A stretch of DNA of 64,000 nucleotides from the human T2T-CHM13v2.0 reference genome, Homo sapiens, in the NCBI RefSeq assembly GCF_009914755.1, contig NC_060930.1; one strand, given 5' to 3'. The notes beneath the pieces are model-generated. The model saw only the letters and a list, made by a program, of their open reading frames with translations, was not told the DNA's origin and made no database searches. Below are positions 13,006 to 28,168 of this stretch, piece after piece (within the stretch, counting starts at the first letter, position 1; each line of letters opens with the position of its first letter). The position numbers were made by a program, and so were the translations under genes.

Positions 13006-14870
13006 TTAGTCCGTGGATGATATTTAAGGACATGTACTAGATAAGGTCACCAAGGGATTAAAGGAAGGTGGAGGAGGGAAGGTGTCAGAAGGAGAGCTCT
13101 GGGTCTCCGACACTTAGGAATGGGAAAGGAAGAACCGAGCTGTCCACGAATGACTTCTGCATGGGCAGCACTGTATGTGTAGAGCGGGAAAATGGTCAAA
13201 TAGAACAAATTTGCCAAAACAGAGGTGGCCACTAAATCCTAACTTTTCTAGGAGTTTGCAGAGTTCTTAGGAAATACACAGACCTTTCTCATAACTTATG
13301 AAAGGTAACATGTAATCAATCTCTTCTATATGCGCTGTAATCAATATCATGTATATCTTAAAGGGCAGGTCATTCTAGCTAACATCTAGGTGACACAAAT
13401 GTGGTCATTATTGTGTTTGTGTTTGTAACATATGTGTGTGTATGTGTAATATAGTAAATAGAAAAATCATTCATATCAAATTTTTTAAAAAGACAGTGTA
13501 GGTAAAATGATTGATTGAATTTTGATTCTATGTCAAGAATTAATCAGAGCCTATAGAATATGTTTTAAAATACTGGGTTTCAGTCACAGCTTAAAATGGG
13601 AATTAGTATGATGTCATGGATTTGATAGCCTGTGCCTGTCATAGTCTGATTTATGGTTGAGCAGGCAGTAATCTCTGACAAATTTAATCTTCACCGCAAA
13701 AATGTGAGTCTTTTGCCTGAATCAACGGGGACTTCCTTAAACGTGAAAGATGCATTATGTCATTTTCATTAATTTGGGTTAATATTTTCTTTGTGCAAAG
13801 CAAAATTAAACGATGAAATATGCAGTCCTTATATGAAAGAATGTGCTCAGGAGCAAAAATACCATTAATAAAAATGGAATGAGTAGAAAGCTCTTGAAGA
13901 AAAGTTAGATTACTTCAACTGAAGCGGGGGGAATAGGGTGACTGGGGTATTGGGTGTGTCCACATGAGCAAAACCGAATTTCTTCTTTAAGGTAATCCGT
14001 AACTTACGAAGTAGGAAAGCCACACAGATTCATGGTAACAAAATAATAGAATCAAAACAGAGGCCCCAGGGGGGAATAGCCTGCTGGATCTGTGTAGCAA
14101 TTTCAAGTTATTATTATTATTTTGCTTATTTTTTCCATCCCCACTTCTCTTCTTCTATTTCTTTCTCCAAGAAGATCTTGTTAGCACAGACAAATGAGGC
14201 AAGTCAATAACATCCACCCAAATAGACAGGATATATTGAGCCAGTTCAAATGTGGGTGAACAGCAGCTGTGGTCTTGCCTGTGAAATTAGCTCAGAGGTG
14301 GCTTCTGCACAGTGAAGCATCAGAACTCTTTCATTTCTACCTTCCTATAAACACTGAAAAAATATGGATTTAGATAAAAACCTATTTGCTGAGATTGTAG
14401 CATCTAAGGCTATGTATGGCATGTATGCAAGAAAAAGGAAGACAAAAAGAGAGAAAGCCGATATTTTTCAGTCACTAAAAAAATTGTAAAGCAGACAGCC
14501 ATGAAGCTGACTGACCTTTTATTGCTTCTGAATTGAGGACGGCTTCCTCTCTTTAAAGCTTCAGTTATATTGCAGGGTTGCTTGGTATTTTTTAATGATT
14601 TTGGAAGAAACTAGGGTGACTTAGGCAATGAACCCAATCAGGCTGTTGGATGTGTAGAACTGTGTACCATAAGCCATAAGCCTTTACAGTTTTGTCAATC
14701 TGACATCAGAAATTACTCAGTTACAATGTTTTTAGCTTAATTTTCTAAATGCAATTAGAGTGCAAAGCTTACAGGAAATACTGGATCTAACGGGAAGAAA
14801 AATAAATAAAACAGGTATACATAAATGATAGATTGATTCACCTGAAATTATTTCTTTAAAATTTGGAGAA

Positions 14871-15243
<373 letters not shown>

Positions 15244-15289
15244 TCACGAAAGATTTCGTTGTCTAAAAATTATGTTGTCTTATTGGTTG

Positions 15290-15550
15290 TGGAAAATTAT
15301 TTTATGACATGGAAGTGTTCATAATAAGGTTGGAGTGGGAAAAGAGATTATAAAAACAGTAGGTATTATGTAATATCATGCAAATCCAGTTTTACCTATA
15401 TATACTTCTGTATATATATATATGTAGAAGAGACAGAAATAAAAATGTTAACAGTAGTTACCTATGAATGTTGGAATTACAAATGATTTCCTCTTTTCTG
15501 TTTGTTTTTCCAAATGTTTTACTATGTATATTTTATTTTACAGTATGAAA
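15290..15550 (+). mobile_element. L1ME-type 3' end fragment
   Basis: AAAATGTTAACAGTAGTTACCT...TTTTCCAAATGTTTTACTATG. Confidence 0.6.
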
Positions 15551-16497
15551 TCTAAAATACATACACACAAATTCATTTTAAAAGAAGATAATAACTTCAA
15601 GTTCTGGCTGTATTTAAATACTGGAATAGGACTTACCTACATTTAAAAAATTCTACAAAACTGAACAAGATGTATGAAACAATCATTTTCAGGCAGTCTG
15701 GTTGTGATCTTTGAAAATATGAAAATGCAAAAGGTGTGCTCAACATCGACTACAGATTTTCTTCTGGGGGCTCTTTTCAAACCCAGCACAGGAAATTGAA
15801 CCCAAATCGAGAACAATGGTCTCTCTGGACAGAGGCAGTAGAGAGTGGTATTGAGGCAGATGAGGTGGCTATTGAAGGCAAGTTCCCAGAGAGAAGGATG
15901 TTGTGTAGAAAGGAACCCAAGAAAATGTAATGAAATTTTTTGAGTCTTTGGCCAGATACTAAGTTGAGCATGTTGTGGGAAGCTGATGTCTAGTAGGGAA
16001 CAAGTATTAGGGGCTATGACCTGAAAAAAACCCATAAAGAGTTTGGATAATGCTGACAGAGAAATGCTTCCGAAAGGGTAGCCAGAGTGGAGAATGAGAT
16101 CAACAAAAAGTTATAACTTAAGAGTAGGATTATGTTAGCCCTACATACAGTATACTAAAGGCTCCAAGTAAAATGCAACAGCATAAAGCATGCCATAAAA
16201 AGACTACATTCTTTAAGAAAAACAATATAATGCAGAACTTTAAATATATAGCACCAACAATATTCCACATATTCCACATTCTTAAAATTTCTAGTTGTTT
16301 ATAAAGAAGCAGAATTAAAGAAGTAAAGGAAAATAGGAAGTAAACAAATAGGAAGGAAATCCCAAGCAAGAAATAAAAATCATGACAATGTAAATTTTAG
16401 CATTTCAAAATACAAAATATGAAATAAAAATTGTACTGGGTGGATTTAACACCAGATCGAATACCAGTGAAGAAAGATTAATGAACTTGAAAACAGG

Positions 16498-17713
16498 CGT
16501 ATCGGTCAGTCTAGTGAAAAGGCAGAAATCAATAGAAGACTATAAAGTGTAAAATAATTCTAAAAGGTCACCTAGGACTGAGGGAAGGTAGAGAAAAAAG
16601 GACAAATTTGAAAGGCAGAGCCTTCCTGGAAGCTGAGGTTTAGACCTTGTTGGAAAAGGTAGAGGTGCAGCCCACTGGCTAGCAGATCAGTTTTCTGGGT
16701 TTCCTAGGCCAAAGCTGGTCCACAGTCACCAAGCAACCGGGAAGCAGCCATCTGGGATGCAGGTAACCCACAGCTGGTGAGAAGGTGCTTACAGTAAATC
16801 TGGCGTCTTCATCTGGAGGGCTATGGGAAATACACCTCTAGAGGATAAGTGAGCTGTAGCAGTGAGCTAGTGCACAGAGGAAGTTGGGATGCTGCTGCAG
16901 GTGGATGGCCTTGAGTATGCAGTATCTGCATTGAGCAGTTCACAGAAAATAAACTTCTGAAGTTGGGGAAGGATACAGGGGCAGGCATACAGAAGGAGTC
17001 AGGTTGCGATGCAGTTGAAAGTTTGGAGCATAGTGGAAAGGCTGTGGGAGGGTGATAACCACGCTGAGCTGGGATTGCAAAATTACTGACAGATTGCGTA
17101 TTTTGAGTACATGGCTAGGGCAGAGCACAATATTTGCACCACTGACCAATTGTGCAGCAATCAGACCAACAAGAGAAGGCCCTGATATGTTTTGGCTATG
17201 TCCCCACCCAAATCTGAACTTGAATTGTATCTCCCAGAATTCCCATGTGTTGTGGGAGGGACCCAAGGGGAGGTAATTGAATCATGGGGGCCAGTCTTTC
17301 CCGTGCTATTCTTGTGATAGTGAATAAGTCTTATGAAATCTAGTGAATAAGTCTTACGAAATCTGATGGGTTTATCAGGGGTTTCCCCTTTTGCTTCTTC
17401 CTCATATTTTCTTGGTGCCACCATGTAAGAAGAGCCTCTTGCCTCCCGCCATGATTCTGAGACCTGCCCAGCCATGTGGAACTATAAGTCCAGTTAAACC
17501 TCTTTTTCTTCCCAGCTAGGGTATGTCTTTATCAGCAGCATGAAAACAGACTAATACATCCCCTTACTTCTGAATGCTCTTTAAGCACCATCTACTGAGA
17601 AGCTTAATATTATCCTAAGTGAGAAATGCTTACAAGACTTCCAACCATTTTTACAAAGTAGGTATTGAAAGGCAAATTTAAATCTGGGAACCAATACATT
17701 GATAACTGTAACA
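16498..17713 (-). mobile_element. Ancient LTR (LTR78/LTR79-like) inserted in L1 ORF1
   Basis: Ends ...AAGCTTAATATT...CAATACATTGATAACTGTAACA; perfect 5-bp TSD ACAGG (16493-16497/17714-17718), and L1 ORF1 resumes across it. Confidence 0.7.
17183..17558 (+). mobile_element. THE1A MaLR solo LTR
   Basis: TGATATGTTTTGGCTATGTCCCCACCCAAATC...GGGTTTATCAGGGGTTTCC...GACTAATACA. Confidence 0.92.
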
Positions 17714-19028
17714 ACAGGGCAATAGAAATTATACAAATTGAGGTTTTAGAAATTATAAATTATACAAATTTTACAAATCTGAAATTATACAAATTATTCA
17801 GAGAGAGAGAAAAAATGACTTTACATAATACACAGAAACTCAGTGGCCTGTAGTATATTATAAAGTGGACTAACTTGTATGAAACTAAAATTCTAAAAGA
17901 CAAGAAAGTGCAATTGGAATGGAAAAAATATTTGAAGAAATAATGACAGAAGTGTCCAAATTTAAAGGAAACCTCAAAACCCCATAATCTAAGAAAGTCA
18001 ATGAATCTTTAGCAGGAAATACACAAAGAAAATAGCACTGAAGCACATCATAATAAAATTTTTTAAACCAAAGATAAAGAGAAAAGCTTAAAGGCAGTCT
18101 GAGAAAAAGGCATAATGAGCATATAGGGGAACAGCAATCAGAAAAATGGCCAGTAGTATATGACACACAAGTGAGGCCTGAAGACAATGTGTAAGGGGTA
18201 GGAAAAAATAGTCATTGTGAATTCTATATGAAGCAATACTATTTTTCAAGAACTGAGAATGAAATAAAGATACTTTCAGAGAGAGAAAAGTTGAGTGAAT
18301 GTCACAGGTAGATCTGCACTATGTAAAATGTAAAAAAATTTTTAGTCTGAAAGGAAATGATACTAATTAGAAACTGAGAACTATAAGATTAAATACAAAG
18401 CATCAAGAAATGGCAAATATTGGGGTAAACATAAAATAATCATTTTCATTTTGATCATATCTTTAAAAGATGATTGATTGTTAATATATAAACAATAACA
18501 ATGAATTTAGGATTTTCCACAAATGTAGAAATAAAACATTAATATATATGACAATAAGAGCATACCAGAGAGCAGAGGGATCAATAAAATTACACAATTG
18601 CAAGGTTTTTACACAGGAATAAAGGAACTCTTTTACATAGTTTATGAAAGAATATGATATTATTTGAAAATAGATCATGATAAGTTAAAAAATATATTGT
18701 AATTTTAAAGGAACATTAAAATAAATTTGAAAAAAAGAAAAAATATATAACTAAAAAGTCAATAAGAGATTAAATGAAATAACAAAAATAAATGAATTAT
18801 CCCAAAGAAGGTAGGAAAAGAGTAACAAAAGAACTAAAGACAGAGGGGTAAGTTGAAAACAGCAAGATAGAAGACTTAAACCTGTCAATAATTACATTAT
18901 ACGTAAATGTAATAAATAAACTGATATAAAGGCACAGATAGCGTGGATTAAAAAAATCAAAATCTAGCTGTATGCTATTTATAAGAGGAATGGTTTAATA
19001 CTAAGACAGCTTAAAGTAAATGGATAGA

Positions 19029-19392
<364 letters not shown>

Positions 19393-21022
19393 TTAATATC
19401 AGATAAATTACACATCAAAAAATGTTATAGACAAACATAAATATTTCATAGGTGACAGAAATAGATATTTTATAATGTTCAGGAATTTAAAAAGTAGAGA
19501 GATATTCCATAAATGTCAGTGATAAGGAGGAATTTTTAAATAATAAATTTATCATAATGACGTCACAATCTTAAAACATGCACTTAACAGCAGAGATTCA
19601 AAAAGGAAGAAAAACTGAGATTAAAAAGGTAGGAATGAACAAATCTACAATTACAGTTGAAGTTAATACTCCTCTTCCAGGCAATGACAGAACAAATGGA
19701 TAACATTTAGAAACAATGTAAAAGGCTTGAACAGCACTATAAACCAATGAACATAATTTGCATATTTTGAACACTGTACCCAAGAACTACAGAAGGCACA
19801 TTCTTCCCAAGTATAATGCGAATAGAACATTCACTAAATTAATACAAATAAACACCAAAGGATTTCAATACTCCTCAATACATTTTCTATTTTGACCAGA
19901 ATTTAATTAGAAATCAATCACAAAAATATATCAGGGAAATCCTAGATATTTGTCGATTAAGAAACACATTTTAAATAACACATGGGACTAAGAATAAATC
20001 CCAATATAATTTAGAAAATATTTTATACTGAATTATAGTGAAATTTGTGGGATACAGTTAAAGCAATGATTAGTTGGGCCTTGATAGCTTCCTTTAAAGA
20101 CTTACATTCTAAAAGAATAAAACCTTAAAGTTAACAATCTAAGTTATCAACATGATAAATTAGAAAAAGGAATGCAAATTAGAAACAAAGTAAGCAGAGG
20201 AATGGTGTAATTAAGATTTTGCTCCTAGCAAAAATCAATGAACTAGAAAATGGACAAATAATAGAGAAAAGCAACAAAAACAAAAGTAATTGCTTGGAAA
20301 ATATTTTTTCAAATGATAAGCCCATAGCAAAACTGGTCAAGAAAAAAAGAAGGAGAGGAGAAAGGGAGGGGAGAGGCTGAAAGAAAGAGAGAGTGGGGAG
20401 AGAGAAAGGGAGAACCACAGATTACAATATCAGAATGAACAGGTATGTCTCTATGGAGCCCACAGAGATTAAAGAATATTTAGGCAAATGTGAACAACTT
20501 TATACCAATAAATTTACAACTTAGTACAAATTGGTAAATACCTTGAGAGTCACAAATTACCAAAACTGACACAAGAAGAAAGAGAAAGTTTGAACACACC
20601 TATATCTGTTAAAATGTTGAGTTCATAATTAAAAACTTTCCTACATAGAATATTCCAAGCCAAATATTTAAGGAAGAAATAATCACAATCGTGCACAAAC
20701 TCAGTCAGAAAATAAAGGATGACATAAGCATAAACCTGATAATAAAACAGGATAAACATAGTACAAGACCAACATCCATCATAAAAATGAATATAAAAGT
20801 CCTTAACAATACATGAGTAAATCAAATATAGTTCTAATAAAAAGAATAATATATTATGATAAATTGGTATTTATCCAAGGACAGCAAGGTTAATTTAACA
20901 TTCAAAAATCAATTAATATAATTTACTATATTATCAGAATTTTTAAAAAGTCATAATATCTCAGATGACAAAGAAGTATTTGATAATATTTAATACCCCT
21001 TCATGATTTAAATAATGCTCTC

Positions 21023-21262
21023 TATTTTCATTTCTTTTCTTTTGTTTTTTTGGATTTGAGAAAGTTTATCTGGAAATGAATTAAAATGTTACCCTACTGT
21101 TACATCTGTGAGGACTTACAAAATATGCACATTTCCATATTGAACAGAAAGAGGTTAGATGTATCTAAACGCAATGCATTAAGGGGCATTTGCTACATTC
21201 ATATAGTTTCAGAACATTTGGAAATTGTGATTAAATTCTCAGTAATCTGATATTTTCTTGCC
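21023..21262 (-). pseudogene. Probable retroposed non-TE segment (mRNA 3'-end fragment or orphan transduction) inside L1 ORF2
   Basis: L1 sequence stops at TCATGATTTAAATAATGCTCTC and resumes at AAAAACACCCCTCGGCAAACC; insert has a decayed A tail (21023-21051 on minus) with GATAAA 13 nt upstream. Confidence 0.5.
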
Positions 21263-23475
21263 AAAAACACCCCTCGGCAAACCAGAATAGAAGGTGACTT
21301 CCTCGATTTAATTTTAAAAATGTGAAAAGCCTACAGCTGACGTTAACATAATGGTCAAACAATGAAAGCTTTCCCCAGGAGTAGGAGCAATGCAAGGATG
21401 TACATTTCCACCAATTATGATATATCCAACATTAAACTGGTGATTCTAGCCTGTGCAATGAAGCAGAAGCAAAATAAATAAAAGGCACATATATCAAAAA
21501 GCAAAAAGCAAAACTGTCTTTGTTCACAGACTGGTTTTGTGAGAAGAAAATCTGAATAAATATAGGAATTTAACAAGGTCACAGGATACAAAACCTAAAG
21601 GCAAATTTTAATGTATTTCTACAGAGCAGTTAATGAGCATTGCAAAATGAAATTTAAAATATCATTTACAATAGTGTAAAAAATATAAAATAATTAAAAA
21701 TATATTCAATGTGTGTAGGCAATGCTGTTATACTAAATCTACAATTAATGCTCAAATTTTAAAAGATGTAAATTGATGAAGAGTTATTCCATGTTCATGG
21801 ATTGGAGGACTCAATAAGATGTGAATTCTTTGCTAGTTGAAATATAATGCTAGTTATACTTTCACCAGGTAAGTTTTGGTAGGAATTGAAAAGTTGATTC
21901 TAAAATTTATATGCAGAAACAATCAAGAATAGTCAAAATTATGCTGAGAAAGAATAACAAAATTGTACAGTTTATACTATCCCATTTCAAGACTTACTGT
22001 ACAGTTACTGTAATTTAGACAGTGTGATTTTGGTGAATTGATAACCAATTGATTATTGGATCAGAATAGGGTTCAGAAATAAACATAGAGGACCTGTTAA
22101 TTTTTGCTCATATACAGGAGCCATTAATTTTTTACCAAGATGCAAAGGTAAATTAATGGAGAAAGGACAGTCTGTTCAACCAATGGTGCTGGACAAACAA
22201 GGAATCAGTGTGGAAATAAATGGACCTCAAATATTATCTCATTCCATACACAAAAATTAATTTTAGACAAAATCAGGAATGTAAACGCTTTTAAAGAACA
22301 CGTTCGACTATTTGTTTTCAAACTTAAGTAGATGATAACTTCATAGAGAGAATAGAAAAAAGCAATAAACCTAAAAGAAAAACGTGATAAATTAGAGCTC
22401 ATCACACTTAAAACTTTTGCTCATCACAAGAAACTGTTAAAGAAAATGAATAGGCAAGATTACAACTAAATATTTGACCTCAACTAAATTTGCAAAGCAT
22501 CTAGTTTATATCCAGAAAATATAAAACTTCAGTATCTTCAATTTTTAATTTAATTTTAATTTTAACTTTAATTAAAAAGCCAAAAACATCATTAAAATGA
22601 GCAAAAGCTTTAAACAGTCACCTCAAAAAAAGATACCTCCAATGATCAATAAGTACATGAAAATGATCAAAATTACCCCTCAGAGAAATGCAAATTGAAA
22701 CCACAAGATACCACTACAAACTCTTTAGAATTACTAGAATTAAAAACACTGGAAACATGAAATGTTGGCAGTGATGTGGAATTGGAACTCTCTTACATAG
22801 ATGGTAGGAGAGTGCAAAGGTATAACCATTATGAAAAACATTTTGATAATTTCTTACAAAGAGAAAAATACACATATCTAGGACTCAGTATTCTACTGTG
22901 GCATTTTTCTCAGAAGAACATTTATAGATACTTTATTCACAGTAGTCAAAAAACCCAAAGTCTATCAATGGAAGGATGGATAAGTAATTTGCCGTATATT
23001 CACAGAATGGAATGCTAATTATTAATAAAAGGGACAAACCATTGATACAGACAATAACGTGAATGATTCTCAAAAATATGCTGAGCAAAAGAAATCAGAC
23101 ACAAAAGAGAATATTCTGTATCTTTCCATTTGTAGTCGTTCAAATTAGGCAAAATGAATCCTTAGTGAAAACAAATTAGAAAAGTGATTACTTCTGGGTG
23201 GAAAGAATTAACTGGGAAGCATGCGTTAATTTTATGAGATGGATATTTCCTGTATTGTTTATGAAGGTATGTCCACGTAGAAAAAGAAACTGAATTATAT
23301 GTATGTAAAAGTTATGTTAAAAACTGTCAAACTGAAAAATTGAACTCTTGTTAGTAGATTTACTTTTTGTTGCATCATGGGTTAGCAATTCTGAAATTAC
23401 TTTTTTTGCATTTTCTAGACTTGAACAAATGAGTACATATATTAAAACTGACACAAGAAATAAAATAAAAATAAT

Positions 23476-23790
<315 letters not shown>

Positions 23791-23919
23791 ATATCGAGAG
23801 GCAGGTTTCTCACTGGAGTGTAGAATTATGACATGAAAATATAGAATGTGTCCAGTAGTGCTGAACTGGAATTGGAGGTATCTGTATGAATTCACAGTTT
23901 TGTAGAGATAAATATAGGG

Positions 23920-23953
23920 GTGTGTGTGTGTATGTGTGTGTGTGTGTGTGTGT
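23920..23953. repeat. (TG)n microsatellite
   Basis: Direct reading, one interruption. Confidence 0.95.
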
Positions 23954-24456
23954 ATAAATTTCATGAGTCACACATGGCAATGAGTACACCCAGTGCTGAG
24001 ATCTTGGTTTTAAACTACCATTCTGTTCTAGAAGGTACCAGAGCTGCTTGAATGAAAGGATAATTCCAGGCATGGAGCAGGGAAAGCACATAATATTTTT
24101 GGAGCTTCTTTTGTGCCACAAAGTTAAGAAAGGCTTAAAGAATGATGAAGATCATATCAAAAGCACCTAGGAACCATCTAAAAGGGGCTCTCTTTTACCC
24201 TAGGACAAATTAAGAATCTAAGTAAATAATGATAGTAATGGATTATAATCCATTGACAAAAAAGTATAAATCCATTCTGATATAAATAATAAATGAACAA
24301 ATTGACAGGCAAACAAACAGGGCACAGGGACACCTCCTCACAGTAGAATGCTGACTTATGAATATCAAAGGGGTAATGGGTTCTGAGATTCATAAGTCAT
24401 AGCTTTCCTTTGTGAAGTATCTAACCATATGTGGAAAGATATTTCACAAAGGAAAG

Positions 24457-24821
24457 TGATACACGGTTTGGCTGTTTCCCCACCCAAAATCTCATCTTGA
24501 ATTATAATCCTCGTAATCCTCACATGTCAAGGACAGGACCAGGTGGAGGTAATTGGATCATGGGGCCAGTTTCCCCCATGCTGTTCTTGTGATAGTGAGT
24601 GAGTCTCATGAGATCTGATGGTTTTATAGGTGTGTGGCATTTCCCCTGCTTGCACTCACTTCATTTTGCTGCCCTGTGAAGAAGATGCCTGCTTCTCCTT
24701 TGATTGTAAGTTTCCTAAGGCCTCCTCAACAATGTGGAACTGAGTCAGTTAAACCTCTTTCTTTTATAAATTACACAGTCTTGGATATTTCTTCCTAGCA
24801 GTGTGGGAGTGGACTAATACA
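24457..24821 (+). mobile_element. THE1D MaLR solo LTR
   Basis: TGATACACGGTTTGGCTG...GCATTTCCCCTGCTTGCACTC...GGACTAATACA; perfect TSD GAAAG. Confidence 0.9.
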
Positions 24822-26349
24822 GAAAGCATACAATATCAAAGTGGTGATGGGATCAATTAATGCTAAAAGTATTAAGTGAGAAGTTTATGAAGTATGGGAT
24901 ATTTATGTAGTTTCAAAGTATCTCCCATAAATAGTTTACTACTTAACAAGGGAAAACAGTACCTTTATAGAGGAGAAACTTGTCAGTTACCACTTGAATC
25001 AGCCAATAAAAGTTACTGTCAACAATGTGGGGACAAATTGACATCACATGGCTCCTGATATTATTGAATAAGAAGAACATAACATTTCAGTGGCAGTCCT
25101 GAGAAAAAGATATAATCATAATGTAATAGTGAGGGAATATCAAATAAACCTAGATGGAGACGTATTCTACACAATATCTGTATGATGTACTTCAAAAGAT
25201 TAAGGTCATGACAGAGGCAGACGAGCTGTAGATGTAATGCATGCTCTTCAGTTAGATCCTGGACTGGGAAATGTGTATACATAATATCTATTGTATAAAT
25301 ATGTATGTATATGTATATTCATGTCTCTCTACAAAAGATACTATTGGGAAGATTGACAAATTTAAAAATGCACTGTGGATTAGCATTGTATCAGCATTAA
25401 GTTATATTTACTGATTTCGATAATTGTACTTTCCTTATTGAAGAGATCTCATTTTCCTTAGGAAGTAAAGTATAGGCGGGGGTGGTAAAAGGTCCTGACA
25501 TTTTCTGTTTCAAAAGGAGAGAACCAGAACGTGAAGGAAGGGGAAGAAGAAGAGAGGAGGGAGCAAAGGAAGAGGAAAGTGGGTCAACAGGCACACAATT
25601 ATTGAATCTGGGTAAAGGTCCTATGGAAATTCCATGTGCTATTCTTGCGACTTTTTTATAAGCTTGAAATTATAAAAATAAATTAAAAGTCGAGGGGAAA
25701 AATGGGGAAAAGACTTGGATAGATACTTCACAAAGCAAAGCATACAAGTTTATTGCGTAATAAGCAAATTAATTAGCATAGCCATCATATTGTACCCCAT
25801 AAACTTGTACGATTATTATGTATCAATTCTGAAAAACAAACATAAGGAAAACATGAATGTGCAGGTTTCTTTCCTGGAGGATCATTGCGGTTTGAGGCAG
25901 TGCAGCGGGCAATAGGAGCCTAAGCCAAGGCAGCTTTGTGGTGGACTTCAGGGCCATCAGGAGCTGTGAACTACCTCAGAATTATGCTCAGTGCTCTTCA
26001 AAGAAGCTATACAAGTTGTGGCTACGTGGCCTGAAATCATGAGTTCCAGTCCTAGTATCTGTGCATTTTCTTGGTTAATGATGGCATGGGTAACAAATAC
26101 TGGAAATTGTACTGAGCTCTTTCTTTTCTGGAACAGAAGTTTCATTCAGTTAAAATCAACTGTATGGAGAGAGTAAGGAGGAAAAAAGCTTGCCACACAA
26201 GTTTGACTAAATGGAAGGAAAATATACAGTTCTTTAAAGGTTTAGCCATGTTACAAGAGATCTGGTGTTTTAAAATCATCTTTAGAAGATGCCAGATGTT
26301 TAAAGAGTCAGCAGGCAGTGAGGCTGGAGGCCACCAATGAACAGCTCAC

Positions 26350-26383
26350 CAGATCCAACTGTGCTCTTCACAGGGAGTAGATT
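26350..26383 (-). ncRNA. Candidate 34-nt exon
   Basis: Minus strand ttcagttctttttttctctag|AATCTACTCCCTGTGAAGAGCACAGTTGGATCTG|gtgagc. Confidence 0.35.
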
Positions 26384-26931
26384 CTAGAGAAAAAAAGAAC
26401 TGAAAGGAGAAATCTAAATGTCAGAACTAGATGAACTGATTACCCACGTTATAAGAAGGATGAAGTCCCAAGAACAAAACTGAATATTCATTAAATTATG
26501 AGTGGCTTTTCCCAGTAGAGCATTGGTCAGAAAGGAATCCCCGTAAGATGCTTCTCCTAAGGGTTGGCCTTCATGTGAAAAAAGAAACTTTTACTCCTCT
26601 AAGCAGATTCCGTCACTTCTTCCTTCAAGTCAGTGTCTCCTGTTGCTGGAATCACGGGCACATAACCTGACATGACCACTTCCTTTTCCTCCTATTCCTA
26701 CCGAAAATATATGGATTGATTTGAGGATACTTTCTGCCAAGGGATTATTTTGGATATCACAGCAGTCAATAGTAATTAATAGTAAAAACAACTCCTCTGC
26801 ACCAAAGATGTTCCTGACTCCTCCATGTACCTGCTTTTCCCCTAGTCCTGACAAATCCCCACACTGTGAAAAAATAATAATGAGTGATTTGGGTTGATCC
26901 ACCTTCAAACAAACGTGCTACTGAAGGCAGG

Positions 26932-27500
26932 TGTGGGGGCCAAAACTTGACCCCTTAAAGGTTCACTGAAAATCACTGACAAGAAGAAGATTGACTAATA
27001 GGAGAAAAGACATACAAATTTATTTAATGTGTATATTTGGAAGCCTTCAAAATGAAGACCCAGCTTCCCAATGAGGTACAAAGGTTGACATACCATCTTG
27101 AGGTTACAGAAAGAATGAAGGCTTGGATCCTGGCAGAACAGGCTATGGGAGGGTGGGAAGAGGAATTCTATTGATGTGCAATAAATGATTACTAAGGAAA
27201 ATAACTGGAACAGAAATTAACTTGTAAATAGTTCTCTTTGGAATTTAAATAATCATTTGAGACAGTCATTATCTTGAAAAATGTATGTTCAAGTATGCTT
27301 ACATTTTTGGTCTTCTTTCCTGTAGTGAATAATGAGATACCAGGGAGGGGAACAAGAACAATTGTTCTCCTGGGTGAGTCAGTCCTGTCTTTCTGTTGAT
27401 AGGGGAAAACTCTCCTCCAGTGCTTATTGATCTCTATGAGGTTTTAACTTAAAACACTCAGATTGCCATATTTTGGGGTGAAATATTTTGAGTTCCCTCA
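26932..27500 (-). mobile_element. MER4-group ERV1 solo LTR (MER34/MER39/LTR49-51-like)
   Basis: AAGGTTCACTGAAAATCACTGACAAG...TAATAGGAGAAAAGACATACAAATTTATT...GCCATATTTTGGGGTGAAATATT; TG..CA ends. Confidence 0.82.
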
Positions 27501-27777
27501 CAAGGAACCTGAGACTCTTGTCTCTTCAAAAATATTCTCTCTTATTTTTAGCTTAGAGAGCTGCTATATCTTGGGAGATTACATTTTTGCCCAAATGGAA
27601 GCTTTATAGACTTATAAGTCTTAGAATAGTGGTTTATAAATAAAACGTATATAAATATTTTCTTTAAAAATATTGAGATCACATGGAGGAGTGTGATGAG
27701 GTCTTGTGTGATTTTTACTTCCATCGAATTTTTGCAGAAGTTTTTAGGCCCGCATGGAAACATTATTCAGGCCGAAC

Positions 27778-27978
27778 CTGACGTTTCAATGTGAATGAGG
27801 AAGAACTGGCTCTAGACTGATGCATGAAAGCACACAGAAAGAGCTCCTCTTGTGTGTAATTTCTGCAGCGGAACCAGTGCTCTTGCCAGTTTTGTGTGCT
27901 GATTCCACATGTATGTTCTGGTTGCGAGTCATTTATAAACACTTGTCAACGGAGATTTGAATCCCTGTGGTGCTGGAT
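27778..27978 (-). ncRNA. Candidate non-coding exon (3' boundary uncertain)
   Basis: Branch-like ctaat plus ttgtttttttatattcctcag| acceptor; only a weak donor CAG|gttcgg. Confidence 0.25.
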
Positions 27979-28168
27979 CTGAGGAATATAAAAAAACAAA
28001 TTAGTAGAACTGAGTCGCTCATGAGAAGCAGCAGCAAGTTAACCTATTTAGTGTAAGATTAGACATCAGAAGACAGTTGTTTCTCAAATTGTGTCACTAC
28101 AGTAGCCGTTTCTCTCTCTGTGTGTGTATATATGTGTATATGAATTGTTGCATGATTTAGTTTTCTTT

